64,000 bases of DNA from Prevotella sp. (GTDB lineage Bacteria; Bacteroidota; Bacteroidia; Bacteroidales; Dysgonomonadaceae): the NCBI GenBank assembly GCA_031285625.1, contig JAITVV010000093.1:64001-128000 (forward strand), given 5' to 3'. Each line of letters starts with the position of its first letter. Position 1 is the first letter of the stretch. The notes beneath the pieces are model-generated. The model was not told the origin of the DNA, searched no databases, and was given only the letters and a program-made list of their open reading frames with translations. Positions 50,286 to 61,408 of this stretch are shown piece after piece. A program made the translations under genes and the position numbers.

Positions 50286-52499
50286 TTAATCAATGATGAA
50301 GTCATTACCTATGATTTCAAAGGTTTTATCAACTATCGGTAATTGTTTTGCATTAGTTTTTGAAGGAGAAGTTCCGCCAATAGTTATTTTTCTTTTACCA
50401 GCACTAATTTTCAATGTACCATTGTCATCAACAAGTCCTAATTCTCTAGGTGATAAGTTAAATTCTACATTCTTACTTTCACCAGCTTTCAGAGATATTC
50501 TTTCAAAGCCTTTTAATGCTTGTAAAGGTATTTGCCCCTTACTATCAGGATAAGAGATGTAAAGTTGTACAACTTCTTCGCCCTCAGTCTTACCCGCATT
50601 TTTTACATTCACAGATACCTTTACATTATCACCAGCTTTCACACTTGATGGCATTTGTATCGGAGCATATTCAAATTTTGTATAACTCAATCCATATCCG
50701 AAAGGATAAAGAACCTGCCCGTCAAAATAACGATATGTGCGATTTTTCATCTCATAAGAATTGAATGCAGGAAGATCACTATCTTTTTCATAGAATGTAA
50801 CAGGCAATTTTCCGGATGGGTTATAATCTCCAAAAAGAACATCTGCAATAGCGGTTCCTGCATCTTGTCCGCCATACCAAGCATTGAGTATTGCCGGAAT
50901 ATTTTGTGATTCCCATTCAGTTGCAATAGCACTACCTGTCATCATAACAAATACAGTCGGTATATTTTCAGCAGAAAGAGCCTTCATTAAGTCTGTTTGT
51001 ATTTTTGGCAGTTTAATAGATGTTCTGTCACCACCGGTAAATCCTTCTATATTTACAGGCATCTCCTCCCCTTCCAGTTCAGGAGATATACCACCCACAA
51101 AAACAACAATATCATTTCCTTTTAATCGCTTAACCAGAGCAGTAATCTCGTCCTTACTATTGCCTGTTGGCACTACAAAATCAATACCTTTTTCAAATGT
51201 TACTTCAGCATTTTTAAGCTTAGCTTTGATAGCTTCATAAGGTGTTACTATTTCAGTCGGGAATCCGCTATAATTACCCAATACGGATACTTCATTATTT
51301 GCATTAGGGCCAATAACAGCTACTTTCTTTAATTTCTTGCTCAAGGGCAGGAAGTTGTTTTCATTTTTTAATAATACAATTGACTCCCGTGTTATTTTCA
51401 GCGCGAGATCTTTATGCTTTTGAGATTCCAGAACAGATAATCCCAGTTTTGAATATTGTACATTCTCAGCCGGGTCGAACATACCCAACCTGAATCTGAT
51501 ATTAAATAAGCGTTTTAAGGATACGTCAATTTGTGCTTCGCTTATCAATCCGGTGTTTACAGCATCTACAAGCGCCTTGTATGCTTCGTTTCCACAATCG
51601 ATATCTGTTCCATGGAATACAGCATCAGCAGCAGCATATTTTGCATCTGGATGCGTCTTATGATGTCTATAAAAGTCATCTATAGCACCACAGTCGGATG
51701 TTACATATCCTGTAAAATTCCATTTCTCTCTCAATATTTGTTGCATAAGCTGCTCATTACCACAACAAGGTTCTCCGCTATATGCATTATATGCGCACAT
51801 CACACCTGCAACATTTGCATCTTCTACCAAGTCGCGAAAAGCAGGAAGATAAGTATCCCACAAATCATACGTAGTTACAAATGTGTTAAATGTGTGGCGT
51901 GTATTTTCCGGACCGCTATGAACAGCATAGTGTTTTGCACAAGCAGCAGCCTTTAGATATTTAGGATCATCACCCTGTAAGCCGATAACAAATGATTTAC
52001 CTAAAGTTCCTGTAAGAAACGGATCTTCTCCATATGTTTCTTGTCCACGCCCCCAGCGGGGATCACGAAATATATTAACATTAGGCGTCCAATATGTTAA
52101 ACCGTGATATATAGCACGGTTACCTTTCGAAGAAGCATCATTATAAATAGCTCTTCCTTCATCCGAAATAGCTATTGCAACATCTTTCATTAGGTTCTTA
52201 TCCCACGCCGCAGCCATACCTATAGCCTGAGGAAAAACTGTAACTTTATATTCAGTTCGTCCTATACCATGTAGACATTCATTCCACCAATTATAAGATG
52301 GAATTCCTAATCTTTCTATTGCAGGTGCATTATTTAACATCTGCAAAACCTTCTCTTCTAATGTTAATTTTGACACTAAGTCGGAGACTCGTTCTTCAAT
52401 TGGCAAGTTCGGATTTTGGAAAGGATAATTTTGTCCAAGTAGTGGAAAACAGCAGGATACGTTAATAAAAATAAACAGGGCTAGTTTCAGTTTTTTCAT
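50286..52499 (-). CDS. GH3 beta-xylosidase/glucosidase, secreted
   Basis: WWNECLHG, RDPRWGRGQETYGEDP, KHY, VTSDC (nucleophile), EGEE, Fn3-like C-terminus. Confidence 0.93.
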   Translation of the reverse strand: MKKLKLALFIFINVSCCFPLLGQNYPFQNPNLPIEERVSDLVSKLTLEEKVLQMLNNAPAIERLGIPSYNWWNECLHGIGRTEYKVTVFPQAIGMAAAWDKNLMKDVAIAISDEGRAIYNDASSKGNRAIYHGLTYWTPNVNIFRDPRWGRGQETYGEDPFLTGTLGKSFVIGLQGDDPKYLKAAACAKHYAVHSGPENTRHTFNTFVTTYDLWDTYLPAFRDLVEDANVAGVMCAYNAYSGEPCCGNEQLMQQILREKWNFTGYVTSDCGAIDDFYRHHKTHPDAKYAAADAVFHGTDIDCGNEAYKALVDAVNTGLISEAQIDVSLKRLFNIRFRLGMFDPAENVQYSKLGLSVLESQKHKDLALKITRESIVLLKNENNFLPLSKKLKKVAVIGPNANNEVSVLGNYSGFPTEIVTPYEAIKAKLKNAEVTFEKGIDFVVPTGNSKDEITALVKRLKGNDIVVFVGGISPELEGEEMPVNIEGFTGGDRTSIKLPKIQTDLMKALSAENIPTVFVMMTGSAIATEWESQNIPAILNAWYGGQDAGTAIADVLFGDYNPSGKLPVTFYEKDSDLPAFNSYEMKNRTYRYFDGQVLYPFGYGLSYTKFEYAPIQMPSSVKAGDNVKVSVNVKNAGKTEGEEVVQLYISYPDSKGQIPLQALKGFERISLKAGESKNVEFNLSPRELGLVDDNGTLKISAGKRKITIGGTSPSKTNAKQLPIVDKTFEIIGNDFIID

Positions 52500-52533
52500 G
52501 ATTAGTTTTGATTCTGAATATTAAAAAATATAC

Positions 52534-52567
52534 ACAAAGCCCCTGAAAATCAATCAAGAGGCTTTGT
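52534..52567 (-). terminator. Putative terminator after the PEPCK-like gene
   Basis: Minus strand ACAAAGCCTCTTGA ... TCAGGGGCTTTGT followed by a T-rich tract. Confidence 0.55.
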
Positions 52568-52581
52568 AAATATATAATTTA

Positions 52582-54315
52582 TTATTCATTAATCAAAGAG
52601 AAAAGCTCCTCAGCTGCCTCTCTCGGACCATCTTTTGATTTACCATCGATGGCTAGTGAAGTATGCATTTCACCGATCTGTATTCCGGCATTTTTCATGT
52701 CTTTGAAATATGAACGAACAAGTTTTTCAGTTTCTGTTCTTTCCTGTACTGGTCCAAAAGGATTTGCAAAATAAGATTTCACTAAACCTTTTTCAGTAGT
52801 AGTTCCTTTTGCCTTACGTGCCCCATCTTCAAAAACAGTAATTGCTTTATCCAAATCATCATAAATAAGGATTTTCTTATCAGCTTCATTATAGTTATTT
52901 GCATAAAGGAAGTAATCAATCGGATATCCTCTGGAAATAATCTCGTATGTAGAAATTGGAATTGTCACACGTGCATTTACTTTATCCATATTTGTATATA
53001 CGCCCCTGTCAAGCTGTGCAAATGCATAGGCAGGATCAAGGTCATCTACACGAACAAAAGCACCAATCTCAGTACCATAAGCTTTGATAGTACCATCATC
53101 TTCTTTCTTCAGGTATCCCATATCGTCGAAGATCACACGCATATGACGAATATAATTTTCATTTAATGTACGGAATGCTTCAAGACTCTCCGATTTTCCG
53201 GCTCCACTATCTCCAACGATTATGATATTCGATTCTTTACCATTACGAAGCACAATATTTACCATTGCACCATGGATAGGTAGCCGCTTATTTTCTATTT
53301 GCTTCACATTATGTAATGTAAGAAGCATTTTCTTCATATAACCAAAATAGTCTATATCATCACAATAGTTTGCATATCCGATAAGGATATCATTTTTCTT
53401 GTCTTTATAATAGAACGTACGTTTTTCTTCATGTCCGTCAGGATATCCGAATACATAAATCATATCCGGCTTTTTACCTATATATTCTGTTTCGGTAGCT
53501 AATTCGAACAAATTAGATAATCCGACACCGTGTACCATAAAATCTTTATGGAAATACACAAAAGTAAGCAGATTACCTACTTTTACCGGAAATACAAACC
53601 AATCATCTTCATTCAGAACGATATTTTTAATTGGGTTCTGAGGACTTTCCTGAAAAATTCCATCACGGGTGTTTCTTTTTGTATATGAGATATATGGCGG
53701 ATGGAAAACAACTGTGCTAATAAATGGTATAGGAGTTAGACCTTTATATTCTACCGGACAGTTCCAGTTTACATCGTTGAGCGTAAGGCCGGCATTTGCT
53801 CCTGCTGTTGATTGGCGGAATATGCGTGACTCACGGCCATTTACAGTAGCCTGTATTCTACGACCTGTAGATAATATGAGGTCATTAAACATATCATTAG
53901 CCTGGATGAATCGTACATTTTGCAGTCCTTCACCCAAACGATTATTCCTTACAATAGTATAACGTTCTAATCTTTTCCAATATGCAAAAAGTAACTCAGT
54001 AACTTCAATAAATAAATCTTTATCCTCAAAGAATTTTGAGTATTTATTATCAACCGCAATAACTTCATCAATATTAAATACTGTCAATAGTTTAAAAACT
54101 TCAATAAATGAATCGACAAGTTCATCTTCAGAGCCAAAGTGTTCTGTATAGAAGTCATAAATTACAACTTCATCCTTTTTAAGTACTTGTTTTATAAATG
54201 ATTCGACCACGCGTCTAAAACCGTAGCTATTGAGAAGTTTTTGCTTTGTATCACAATATTTTAACGTAAAATTGATCATCGCTCTTCCTCTCGAAAGCGT
54301 AAATTCATGTAACAT
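52582..54315 (-). CDS. Divergent phosphoenolpyruvate carboxykinase-like protein
   Basis: YFGYMKK, PIHGA, GDSGAGKSE, IFDD, GTEIGAF, NARVTIP occur in the same order as the PckA motifs. Confidence 0.7.
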   Translation of the reverse strand: MLHEFTLSRGRAMINFTLKYCDTKQKLLNSYGFRRVVESFIKQVLKKDEVVIYDFYTEHFGSEDELVDSFIEVFKLLTVFNIDEVIAVDNKYSKFFEDKDLFIEVTELLFAYWKRLERYTIVRNNRLGEGLQNVRFIQANDMFNDLILSTGRRIQATVNGRESRIFRQSTAGANAGLTLNDVNWNCPVEYKGLTPIPFISTVVFHPPYISYTKRNTRDGIFQESPQNPIKNIVLNEDDWFVFPVKVGNLLTFVYFHKDFMVHGVGLSNLFELATETEYIGKKPDMIYVFGYPDGHEEKRTFYYKDKKNDILIGYANYCDDIDYFGYMKKMLLTLHNVKQIENKRLPIHGAMVNIVLRNGKESNIIIVGDSGAGKSESLEAFRTLNENYIRHMRVIFDDMGYLKKEDDGTIKAYGTEIGAFVRVDDLDPAYAFAQLDRGVYTNMDKVNARVTIPISTYEIISRGYPIDYFLYANNYNEADKKILIYDDLDKAITVFEDGARKAKGTTTEKGLVKSYFANPFGPVQERTETEKLVRSYFKDMKNAGIQIGEMHTSLAIDGKSKDGPREAAEELFSLINE

Positions 54316-54554
54316 AATGTTTTGTATATAGTTAATTTAATATAAAAAGAGTAATTTCCTTACAATGAGTTAAGCAAAGATAAAGAAATAATTTCTGTTT
54401 ACAGTTATTTTGATAAAGTATATAACGGTGCCATATGTTAATATTTCTTGTAGAATAGCGTAATTGAATGGCTATTTCTAAACTAAAAACGTCCAGCTTT
54501 GTTCTAATAATAAACAAGGAAATTATACATAATTCAATATAAAATTAAAATATT

Positions 54555-55613
54555 ATGGCTAGTTCAAAAATTACAAAAATTTTAGGTGACCAAAGCGAAT
54601 ATTTACTTGGCCATGTGAGTAAAACTATTGATAAATCACTAATTCATGCACCTGAACCAAATGCGATTGAAAATGTATGGATAGATTCGGACAGAAATAT
54701 ACCTACATTAAATAGCTTGCAAAGATTGTTTGGTCATGGAAGATTAGCAGATACCGGATATTTGTCCATTTTGCCCGTTGATCAGGATATAGAACATACA
54801 GCCGGTGCATCTTTTGCTCCTAACCCTATCTACTTTGATTCTGAGAACATCGTTAAACTGGCTCTTGAATCAGGTTGTAGTGCTGTAGCTTCTACATATG
54901 GTGTTCTCGGCTCAGTAGCACGTAAATATGCTCACAAAATACCTTTTGTAGTTAAAATTAATCATAATGAACTTTTAACGTACCCTAATTCATATGACCA
55001 GGTTCTGTTTGGAACAATCAAGGAAGCCTGGAATATGGGAGCAGCGGCAGTCGGTGCTACAATCTACTTTGGTTCGGAAGAGAGCCGCAGGCAGATTGTA
55101 GATATTGCCAAGGCTTTTGAATATGCTCATGAGTTGGGTATGGCTACTATTCTATGGTGTTATTTAAGAAATAGCTCTTTCAAGAAAGATGGAGTGGACT
55201 ACCACAGTGCAGCTGACCTGTCATCTCAGGCAAATCACATTGGTGTAACTATTAAGGCAGATATTGTAAAGCAGAAACTTCCTACTAATAATGGAGGATT
55301 TAAAGCTATTAATTTTGGAAAATGGGATGAGCGTATGTACACCGAATTATCGAGTGATCACCCTATTGATCTATGCCGTTATCAGGTTGCAAACGGCTAT
55401 ATGGGACGTGTAGGACTTATTAATTCAGGAGGAGAATCTCATGGAGCATCAGATCTCAAAGATGCGGTTTACACTGCAGTTGTAAACAAACGTGCCGGAG
55501 GTATGGGATTGATTTGTGGACGTAAAGCATTCCAACGATCAATGAAAGAAGGTGTTGAATTGATTAACACAATACAGGATGTATATTTGGATAAGGATAT
55601 AACTTTAGCGTGA
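54555..55613 (+). CDS. fbaB: Class I fructose-bisphosphate aldolase
   Basis: [26 protein letters not shown] (Schiff-base Lys), GRKAFQR. Confidence 0.95.
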   Translation: MASSKITKILGDQSEYLLGHVSKTIDKSLIHAPEPNAIENVWIDSDRNIPTLNSLQRLFGHGRLADTGYLSILPVDQDIEHTAGASFAPNPIYFDSENIVKLALESGCSAVASTYGVLGSVARKYAHKIPFVVKINHNELLTYPNSYDQVLFGTIKEAWNMGAAAVGATIYFGSEESRRQIVDIAKAFEYAHELGMATILWCYLRNSSFKKDGVDYHSAADLSSQANHIGVTIKADIVKQKLPTNNGGFKAINFGKWDERMYTELSSDHPIDLCRYQVANGYMGRVGLINSGGESHGASDLKDAVYTAVVNKRAGGMGLICGRKAFQRSMKEGVELINTIQDVYLDKDITLA

Positions 55614-55803
55614 GCTTAAAGTCTAGTGTTTTTATTATAGTTGCTGAAGGGCCCTTGTGCAAATGCGCGGGGCTTCTTTATTTAAAAGCTCTGATACAAG
55701 TATTTTTAAAGGAAGAATAAACCAGATAGTAAATCTAGTTGTTCTATTGTTATTTTTATTCATTTTATTTACAGATAGCAATAATAAAGCAATTTAAATC
55801 TAT

Positions 55804-57144
55804 ATGGAATATTACTATGTGATTATATTTCTTCTCTTTATAGCCATTGCAATGTCTGCAATAGCTCCTAAAATAAAGGTCCCATATCCGGTATTACTAA
55901 TGGCTGTGGGAATTATAGTAGGATTTGTGCCGGGTTTCCATTATGTACCTATTGATCCGGATGTCGTATTTTTACTTTTTCTACCTCCCCTACTCTATGA
56001 TGCTGCTGTAAATATAAATTTTCATGATTTTAAAGTAAATATCCGTACTATTTCAATGATGGCAATAACTTTGGTATTTATAACCATGCTTGTAATTGCT
56101 ATAGTTGTAAGATTCCTTATCCCTGATATTTCCTGGCCTATGGCTTTTGTTATAGGGGCTATTTTATCACCACCAGATGCAGTTGCAGCCTCAGGTATTA
56201 CGAAAAGTCTGAATTTGTCTCATCGGACCAATACAATATTAGAAGGTGAAAGCCTCATAAATGATGCGTCTGCTCTTACAGCCTACCGTGTAGCTTTAGG
56301 GGTTGTTACTGGTGGCGCTTTTATATTCTGGGAAGCAGGGCTCGAATTTATTATAACCCTAGTTGGAGGTTGTCTGGTCGGTTTCTTTATGGCTTTTGTT
56401 TTTGGATATACGCTGAAGAAAGTTAATCTGGATAGTACAGCTATCGTAAGCTATAATTTATTGCTTCCGTTTGTAGCATACCAATTTGCAGAAGAATTGC
56501 ATGTATCCGGTGTTTTAGCAGTAGTTACTATGGGAATACTGATAGCCGGAAGGGTACATAAAGATAAAATATTTTCGGATATCACCAGAGTGCAGTCCAG
56601 ATCTGTTTGGTCTACAATTATATATTTATTTAGTGGATTGATATTTATTCTGATAGGATTAGAATTTCTCCAGGTATTAAGGGAGATACCATCCGATTCT
56701 ATCGTTCCCCTTATAATAAGTGCGATTGCTATTTTTTTGATGGCAATGATCATACGTATAATCATTGTTTTCAGACATAAGTTTAAGATGGATAAAGTAA
56801 TCACTGTGATAAATAGTGACGAATATAAAAAGAAACATAAAATCTCCGTAAGGCATAACAATTTAGCGAAAGAAATGGAGCCTCTCAGTTGGAAAGAGGC
56901 TCTAATTATAGGTTGGTCTGGTATGCGTGGAATCGTTTCTGTAGCTACCGCCATTGCATTACCTGTAACTTTATCAAGCGGAGAGGTATTTCATCAACGT
57001 AATAGTATTATTTTCCTCACAGTTTTGGTAGTCATTCTGATGCTACTCATACAGGGAATGGGGCTGCCAATACTTATCAAACTACTAAAGATGGATACTA
57101 TTGTGGAAAAAACTGCTATAGAGGAAGACGAGAAAATAGTATAG
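55804..57144 (+). CDS. CPA1 family Na+/H+ antiporter
   Basis: LPPLLY, SPPDAVA, EGESLINDA, GMRGIVS. Confidence 0.92.
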   Translation: MEYYYVIIFLLFIAIAMSAIAPKIKVPYPVLLMAVGIIVGFVPGFHYVPIDPDVVFLLFLPPLLYDAAVNINFHDFKVNIRTISMMAITLVFITMLVIAIVVRFLIPDISWPMAFVIGAILSPPDAVAASGITKSLNLSHRTNTILEGESLINDASALTAYRVALGVVTGGAFIFWEAGLEFIITLVGGCLVGFFMAFVFGYTLKKVNLDSTAIVSYNLLLPFVAYQFAEELHVSGVLAVVTMGILIAGRVHKDKIFSDITRVQSRSVWSTIIYLFSGLIFILIGLEFLQVLREIPSDSIVPLIISAIAIFLMAMIIRIIIVFRHKFKMDKVITVINSDEYKKKHKISVRHNNLAKEMEPLSWKEALIIGWSGMRGIVSVATAIALPVTLSSGEVFHQRNSIIFLTVLVVILMLLIQGMGLPILIKLLKMDTIVEKTAIEEDEKIV

Positions 57145-57263
57145 TTAGACATAAGGTTCTATATATCTTTGTAGTAGTCAATAGGTAATTATTTGACTCC
57201 TAATTGAGAATGTCTGTAAACTCACAAATAATTTTAACAATTTATTTGTAAGTTTGCAGACAT

Positions 57264-58283
57264 ATGTCAACAGATAAAACGAAAGATTTCTTATATAAGT
57301 TATTTACAAGCCCTGATTTTAGAGTTTGGAGACATATACTCCTGATCGTTATATTCACCTTTATTGCTATAGGCCAGTCATTGATCGTATTTGGTGAACA
57401 CATATCTTCTATCAGCAGTAATACTCTTTATTTTTTTGGAGCAATCAATGTCATAGGACTGTCTGCTCTGGTATACTTCAACTTAATTATTCTTACTCGT
57501 CACATACTATTAAAGCGCAAGTATGTAGAGTATTTTCTTTGTCTGTTTGTTATTATTTCAGTATACCTGTTTATCAAAGGTACAATAGAAATACAGATAT
57601 TTACTGGAATTGGCATAGATAGAAAATTTAATGGTATCATGTTATTGGATACCATTTCAAATTTAATGATTTATGCGATTTGTATTGCCAGTAGTTCGGT
57701 ATCGGTACTCTTTGGGCAATGGGCGACCGATACACAACAAATAACCGATCTGCAAAACAGACAACTGAAAAGTAGCGTAGAGAAATTAAAGAATCAGATC
57801 AACCCCAAATTTCTAACAGACACACTCGACTATGTCATAGATAAAATAAAGACCGATACGAAGGAAGTACCAATTATATTACTCAGGTTGAGTAAAATTT
57901 TAAGGTATGGATTATACGACTGCATGCGGGAAAAGGTTTTGCTAAAATCCGACATTGAACACATAAATAACTATCTGTCATTGGATCGGCTTAGTACTAA
58001 AAACAAATACACATATAGCATAAATGTCACAGGAAATGCAGACATATTTATCGCCCCGTTCCTCTTTATGCCTGTATTACAGCGAATTTTTGAAAAACAT
58101 CCTACGGACGTGCAGTTAAAATTCGATATTATTGATACAACAATTGCTTTCGAATGTAAAGTACAGGGAACCGATCTTACGAGCTGTGATTTCACAGAAG
58201 AAGAGCAAAGGTTGGAGATGTTTTACAAAAAGGAGTGCAGCAGAAACAGAGATGTTGTAAAATATTGCCTAGAAAGATGCTGA
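57264..58283 (+). CDS. LytS/YehU-like sensor, degenerate (pseudokinase)
   Basis: Multi-TM N-terminus; H-box reads NQINPKFLTDTL (His replaced by Lys); N-box and G-box not conserved. Confidence 0.8.
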   Translation: MSTDKTKDFLYKLFTSPDFRVWRHILLIVIFTFIAIGQSLIVFGEHISSISSNTLYFFGAINVIGLSALVYFNLIILTRHILLKRKYVEYFLCLFVIISVYLFIKGTIEIQIFTGIGIDRKFNGIMLLDTISNLMIYAICIASSSVSVLFGQWATDTQQITDLQNRQLKSSVEKLKNQINPKFLTDTLDYVIDKIKTDTKEVPIILLRLSKILRYGLYDCMREKVLLKSDIEHINNYLSLDRLSTKNKYTYSINVTGNADIFIAPFLFMPVLQRIFEKHPTDVQLKFDIIDTTIAFECKVQGTDLTSCDFTEEEQRLEMFYKKECSRNRDVVKYCLERC

Positions 58284-59302
58284 AAAAGATAAATGACATA
58301 TTCCCTGATTTTTTGCTGAAACCTAAATATAAGTTTTACAGGCATTTGGTATTACAAATCGTAATACTTACAACCACTATCAATATATTTTGGGATGAGC
58401 CGGATAAGGTTGTACAAGGCAGATTCTTGGCTTGGTTAATTTACAGCTTACAAGTAAATTTTATCATATACCTGAACATGTATTTACTCGTCCCGAAACT
58501 GCTGATTAAAGGCAAAACCTTGTACTACCTTCTGTCACTCTTTCTACTTGTTTTCGGGTTTAATACGCTTTTTTCGGTTGGAGCTTTGCAGGATATATCT
58601 TCTGAAAATCAGTTTGTCATAGTATTGCTAGAATCGTTTTCGGCTCTTGTTGCATTTTTTGTCTTTTATATTGGAATGACCTCCATACAGCTATTTAAAT
58701 ACCATATCCAAAACAACCAGAAAATAAGCGAACTAAAAAATGCAACAACAACTATCGAACTGGCTAACCTACAGAATCAGATCAATCCGCATTTTCTTTT
58801 CAATACCCTTAATAATGCCAATATCTTAGCAGACGATGCCGAAAAGTCTACCTATATACTTCAAACACTTAATGATTTGCTACGTTATCAAACCCAGGGA
58901 GAAGCCAATGGAGAAGTAAGATTATCTGATGACATAACCTTTCTGAACGACTATCTCAGCCTTGAAAAGACCCGTCGCGACAGGTTTGAGTATACGATCA
59001 GCACTGAAGGCGATTGTAATGTTAATATTCCTCCGTTGCTATTTATTCCCTTTATTGAGAATGCCATAAAACATAATCCCGAAAGCGATTCATTTATTCA
59101 TATTTTTTTTCAAAGAAAACGAGAGAAACTCTATTTTAGGTGCGAAAACTCTAAAGCTAAATTAGTTCAGGAAAAAAAAGAGGGCGGAATCGGATTGAAA
59201 AATATAAAAAAACGATTACAATTGCTGTTTGGAAAAGATTACACATTAAATCTACACAACGGAAAAGATACATATACCGTAACATTGGAATTTAAGATAT
59301 GA
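58277..59302 (+). CDS. LytS/YehU-like histidine kinase
   Basis: NQINPHFLFNTLNN, PFIENAIKH, GGIGLKN; ATG 58277 overlaps the upstream gene end. Confidence 0.92.
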   Translation: MLKKINDIFPDFLLKPKYKFYRHLVLQIVILTTTINIFWDEPDKVVQGRFLAWLIYSLQVNFIIYLNMYLLVPKLLIKGKTLYYLLSLFLLVFGFNTLFSVGALQDISSENQFVIVLLESFSALVAFFVFYIGMTSIQLFKYHIQNNQKISELKNATTTIELANLQNQINPHFLFNTLNNANILADDAEKSTYILQTLNDLLRYQTQGEANGEVRLSDDITFLNDYLSLEKTRRDRFEYTISTEGDCNVNIPPLLFIPFIENAIKHNPESDSFIHIFFQRKREKLYFRCENSKAKLVQEKKEGGIGLKNIKKRLQLLFGKDYTLNLHNGKDTYTVTLEFKI

Positions 59303-60012
59303 GATGCATTATAGTTGATGATGAACCTATTGCCCGTCAAGGAATCAAAAAAATGGTAGATAGCATAAGCCGGCTAAAACTGTTAGGAACTTTTGAAAAT
59401 GCCCGGACTGCCGGTGGGTTTATGAAAGATAATTTAGTTGACCTGATTTTTTTAGATATAAAAATGCCGGGTATTAATGGTATCGACTTTGCACGGAGCA
59501 TTCACAAAAACACGTTGATAATATTTACCACTGCCTATTCTGAATATGCACTCGACAGTTACGAGGTAGATGCGGTTGATTATCTTGTAAAACCAATTGA
59601 TACAGCCAAGTTCCGCAAAGCTGTAGAGAAAGCGGTGGCCTATCACTCCCTACTGTTGGATGGAGATAAGAAAAGTGTTGAAAATGTCGAAAACGAACGC
59701 ATCTTTGTTAAGTCTGACAGGCGTTTTTTTAAGGTAAATCTGAAAGATATTCTATTTATCGAAGGACTAAAAGATTACGTCATCATCCAATTGGAAGACC
59801 AACGCATCATTACACGCATGAGCGTGAAGAATATACACGACCTTCTACCCAAAGTTACTTTTCTAAGAATAAACAGGTCGTATATAGTGAATAAGAATCA
59901 GATAGACTCGTTCAATAACAATGATGTGTTTATCAAGAAGTATGAGATAGCGATAGGAAATTATTATCGGGATGCTTTTTTTGAGGAACTTATGAATAAT
60001 AAGTCGCTGTAA
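59299..60012 (+). CDS. LytTR family response regulator
   Basis: VDDE, FLDIKMP, FTTAY, YLVKP; C-terminal FLRINRSYIVN. Confidence 0.94.
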   Translation: MRCIIVDDEPIARQGIKKMVDSISRLKLLGTFENARTAGGFMKDNLVDLIFLDIKMPGINGIDFARSIHKNTLIIFTTAYSEYALDSYEVDAVDYLVKPIDTAKFRKAVEKAVAYHSLLLDGDKKSVENVENERIFVKSDRRFFKVNLKDILFIEGLKDYVIIQLEDQRIITRMSVKNIHDLLPKVTFLRINRSYIVNKNQIDSFNNNDVFIKKYEIAIGNYYRDAFFEELMNNKSL

Positions 60013-60179
60013 ATAGAAATTACAGTTATCCATCGTTATCTTTTTCTAGAAACGATAAATGTTATGTCACATATGACTAGTTTTTATACTAAAATGACTT
60101 GAAATTACACTCTTTTATCAGACTGAATGGTCTATTTTTGCAATCTCGGAAACTAACTATTAATGCCTGTGACACTATC

Positions 60180-61385
60180 ATGAATCAAACATTAAACTTG
60201 ACCCCCAAGAAACGTATCAACTCTATTGACGCTCTCCGGGGGGGTGCATTATTTGGTATTCTAATGTTTCACTGCATGGAACATTTCGATCTAATGCTTA
60301 TTCCGGAATTGACTTCACCTTTTTGGCAAAATGTGGATAATAAAGTATATGAAATTATAGCTTTCCTATTTGCAGGTAAGGCCTATGCTATTTTCTCGTT
60401 GCTTTTCGGCCTTAGTTTCTTTATGCAAATGGATTCACAAGCAGATAAAGGAGTTGATTTCCGTCTGCGATTTTTATGGCGGCTGACAATATTGCTAGTA
60501 TTGGGTTATCTCAATGGAATCATATATATGGGTGAATTCTTCGTAGTATATGCAATCCTTGGAGTCTTTCTTATTCCTCTCTTTAAGGTACCCACTAAAT
60601 GGTTAGTTGCTTTGGGTATACTATTATTTCTTCAGATTCCTGATATTATCAGCTTTATTTCATTATTGAGTGGTAATGAACCAAATGAACCAAGTAGTGC
60701 TGTTATATTTATGGATCAGTTATATAAAGAATGTGCCAATATCTTCATACATGGTTCATTAACCGATGTTCTCGAATTTAACTTATGGAAAGGGCAGGCA
60801 GCTAAATTACTGTGGGTATTCAATAATGCTCGCTATCCACAGCTTATTGGCTTATTCATAACAGGCATGCTCATAGGACGTTATGGTATCCACAAAAGCG
60901 AGGAGAAGATGGTAAGGTACAGCCGCAAAGCTCTTCCTTTTAGTATTCTGGTTTTCGTTGTATTTTATACTGTAGTATCATTGCTTCCATATTTGGGAAT
61001 AGATGGTTTTGCTTTACAGGTAGGTACAACATTATTCAAATCATATGCCAATCTGGGTATGATGATGATGTACATATGTTGCTTTATACTAATATATTAT
61101 AATACAAGCTTCAAAAAAGGATTAGACTATATAGCTCCGGTTGGACGTATGAGTGTAACCAATTACATGATGCAGTCTCTTATTGGAGTAACATTATTTT
61201 ATGGATTTGGAGCTAATCTTGCAGTACAATTGAGCTTCGTGCAATGTCTGCTATTAGGTTTAGTTATCTATACTGTGCAGATCATCTATAGTAACTGGTG
61301 GATGAAGCGTCATTATTATGGACCTGTAGAGTGGGTATGGCGGGTACTCACATGGTTAAAGCCTATTCCCCTTCGTAGAAAATAG
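60180..61385 (+). CDS. DUF418 (YeiB-like) membrane protein
   Basis: RINSIDALRG, FSLLFG, GRMSVTNY, GPVEWVWR; ATG 60180 preferred. Confidence 0.88.
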   Translation: MNQTLNLTPKKRINSIDALRGGALFGILMFHCMEHFDLMLIPELTSPFWQNVDNKVYEIIAFLFAGKAYAIFSLLFGLSFFMQMDSQADKGVDFRLRFLWRLTILLVLGYLNGIIYMGEFFVVYAILGVFLIPLFKVPTKWLVALGILLFLQIPDIISFISLLSGNEPNEPSSAVIFMDQLYKECANIFIHGSLTDVLEFNLWKGQAAKLLWVFNNARYPQLIGLFITGMLIGRYGIHKSEEKMVRYSRKALPFSILVFVVFYTVVSLLPYLGIDGFALQVGTTLFKSYANLGMMMMYICCFILIYYNTSFKKGLDYIAPVGRMSVTNYMMQSLIGVTLFYGFGANLAVQLSFVQCLLLGLVIYTVQIIYSNWWMKRHYYGPVEWVWRVLTWLKPIPLRRK

Positions 61386-61408
61386 AAGAAAGCTTTTAAT
61401 AAAAAGTG

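Noticed and set aside
60021-60066. GTTAT repeats as LytTR binding sites upstream of DUF418
   Set aside because: Spacings of 10 and 26 nt do not fit the usual ~21-22 nt LytTR period
8393-60179. Longer upstream starts in the ORF track (8393, 25703, 29842, 58235, 60099)
   Set aside because: They use TTG/GTG codons within promoter regions or the upstream gene; downstream ATGs give proper signal peptides or family N-termini
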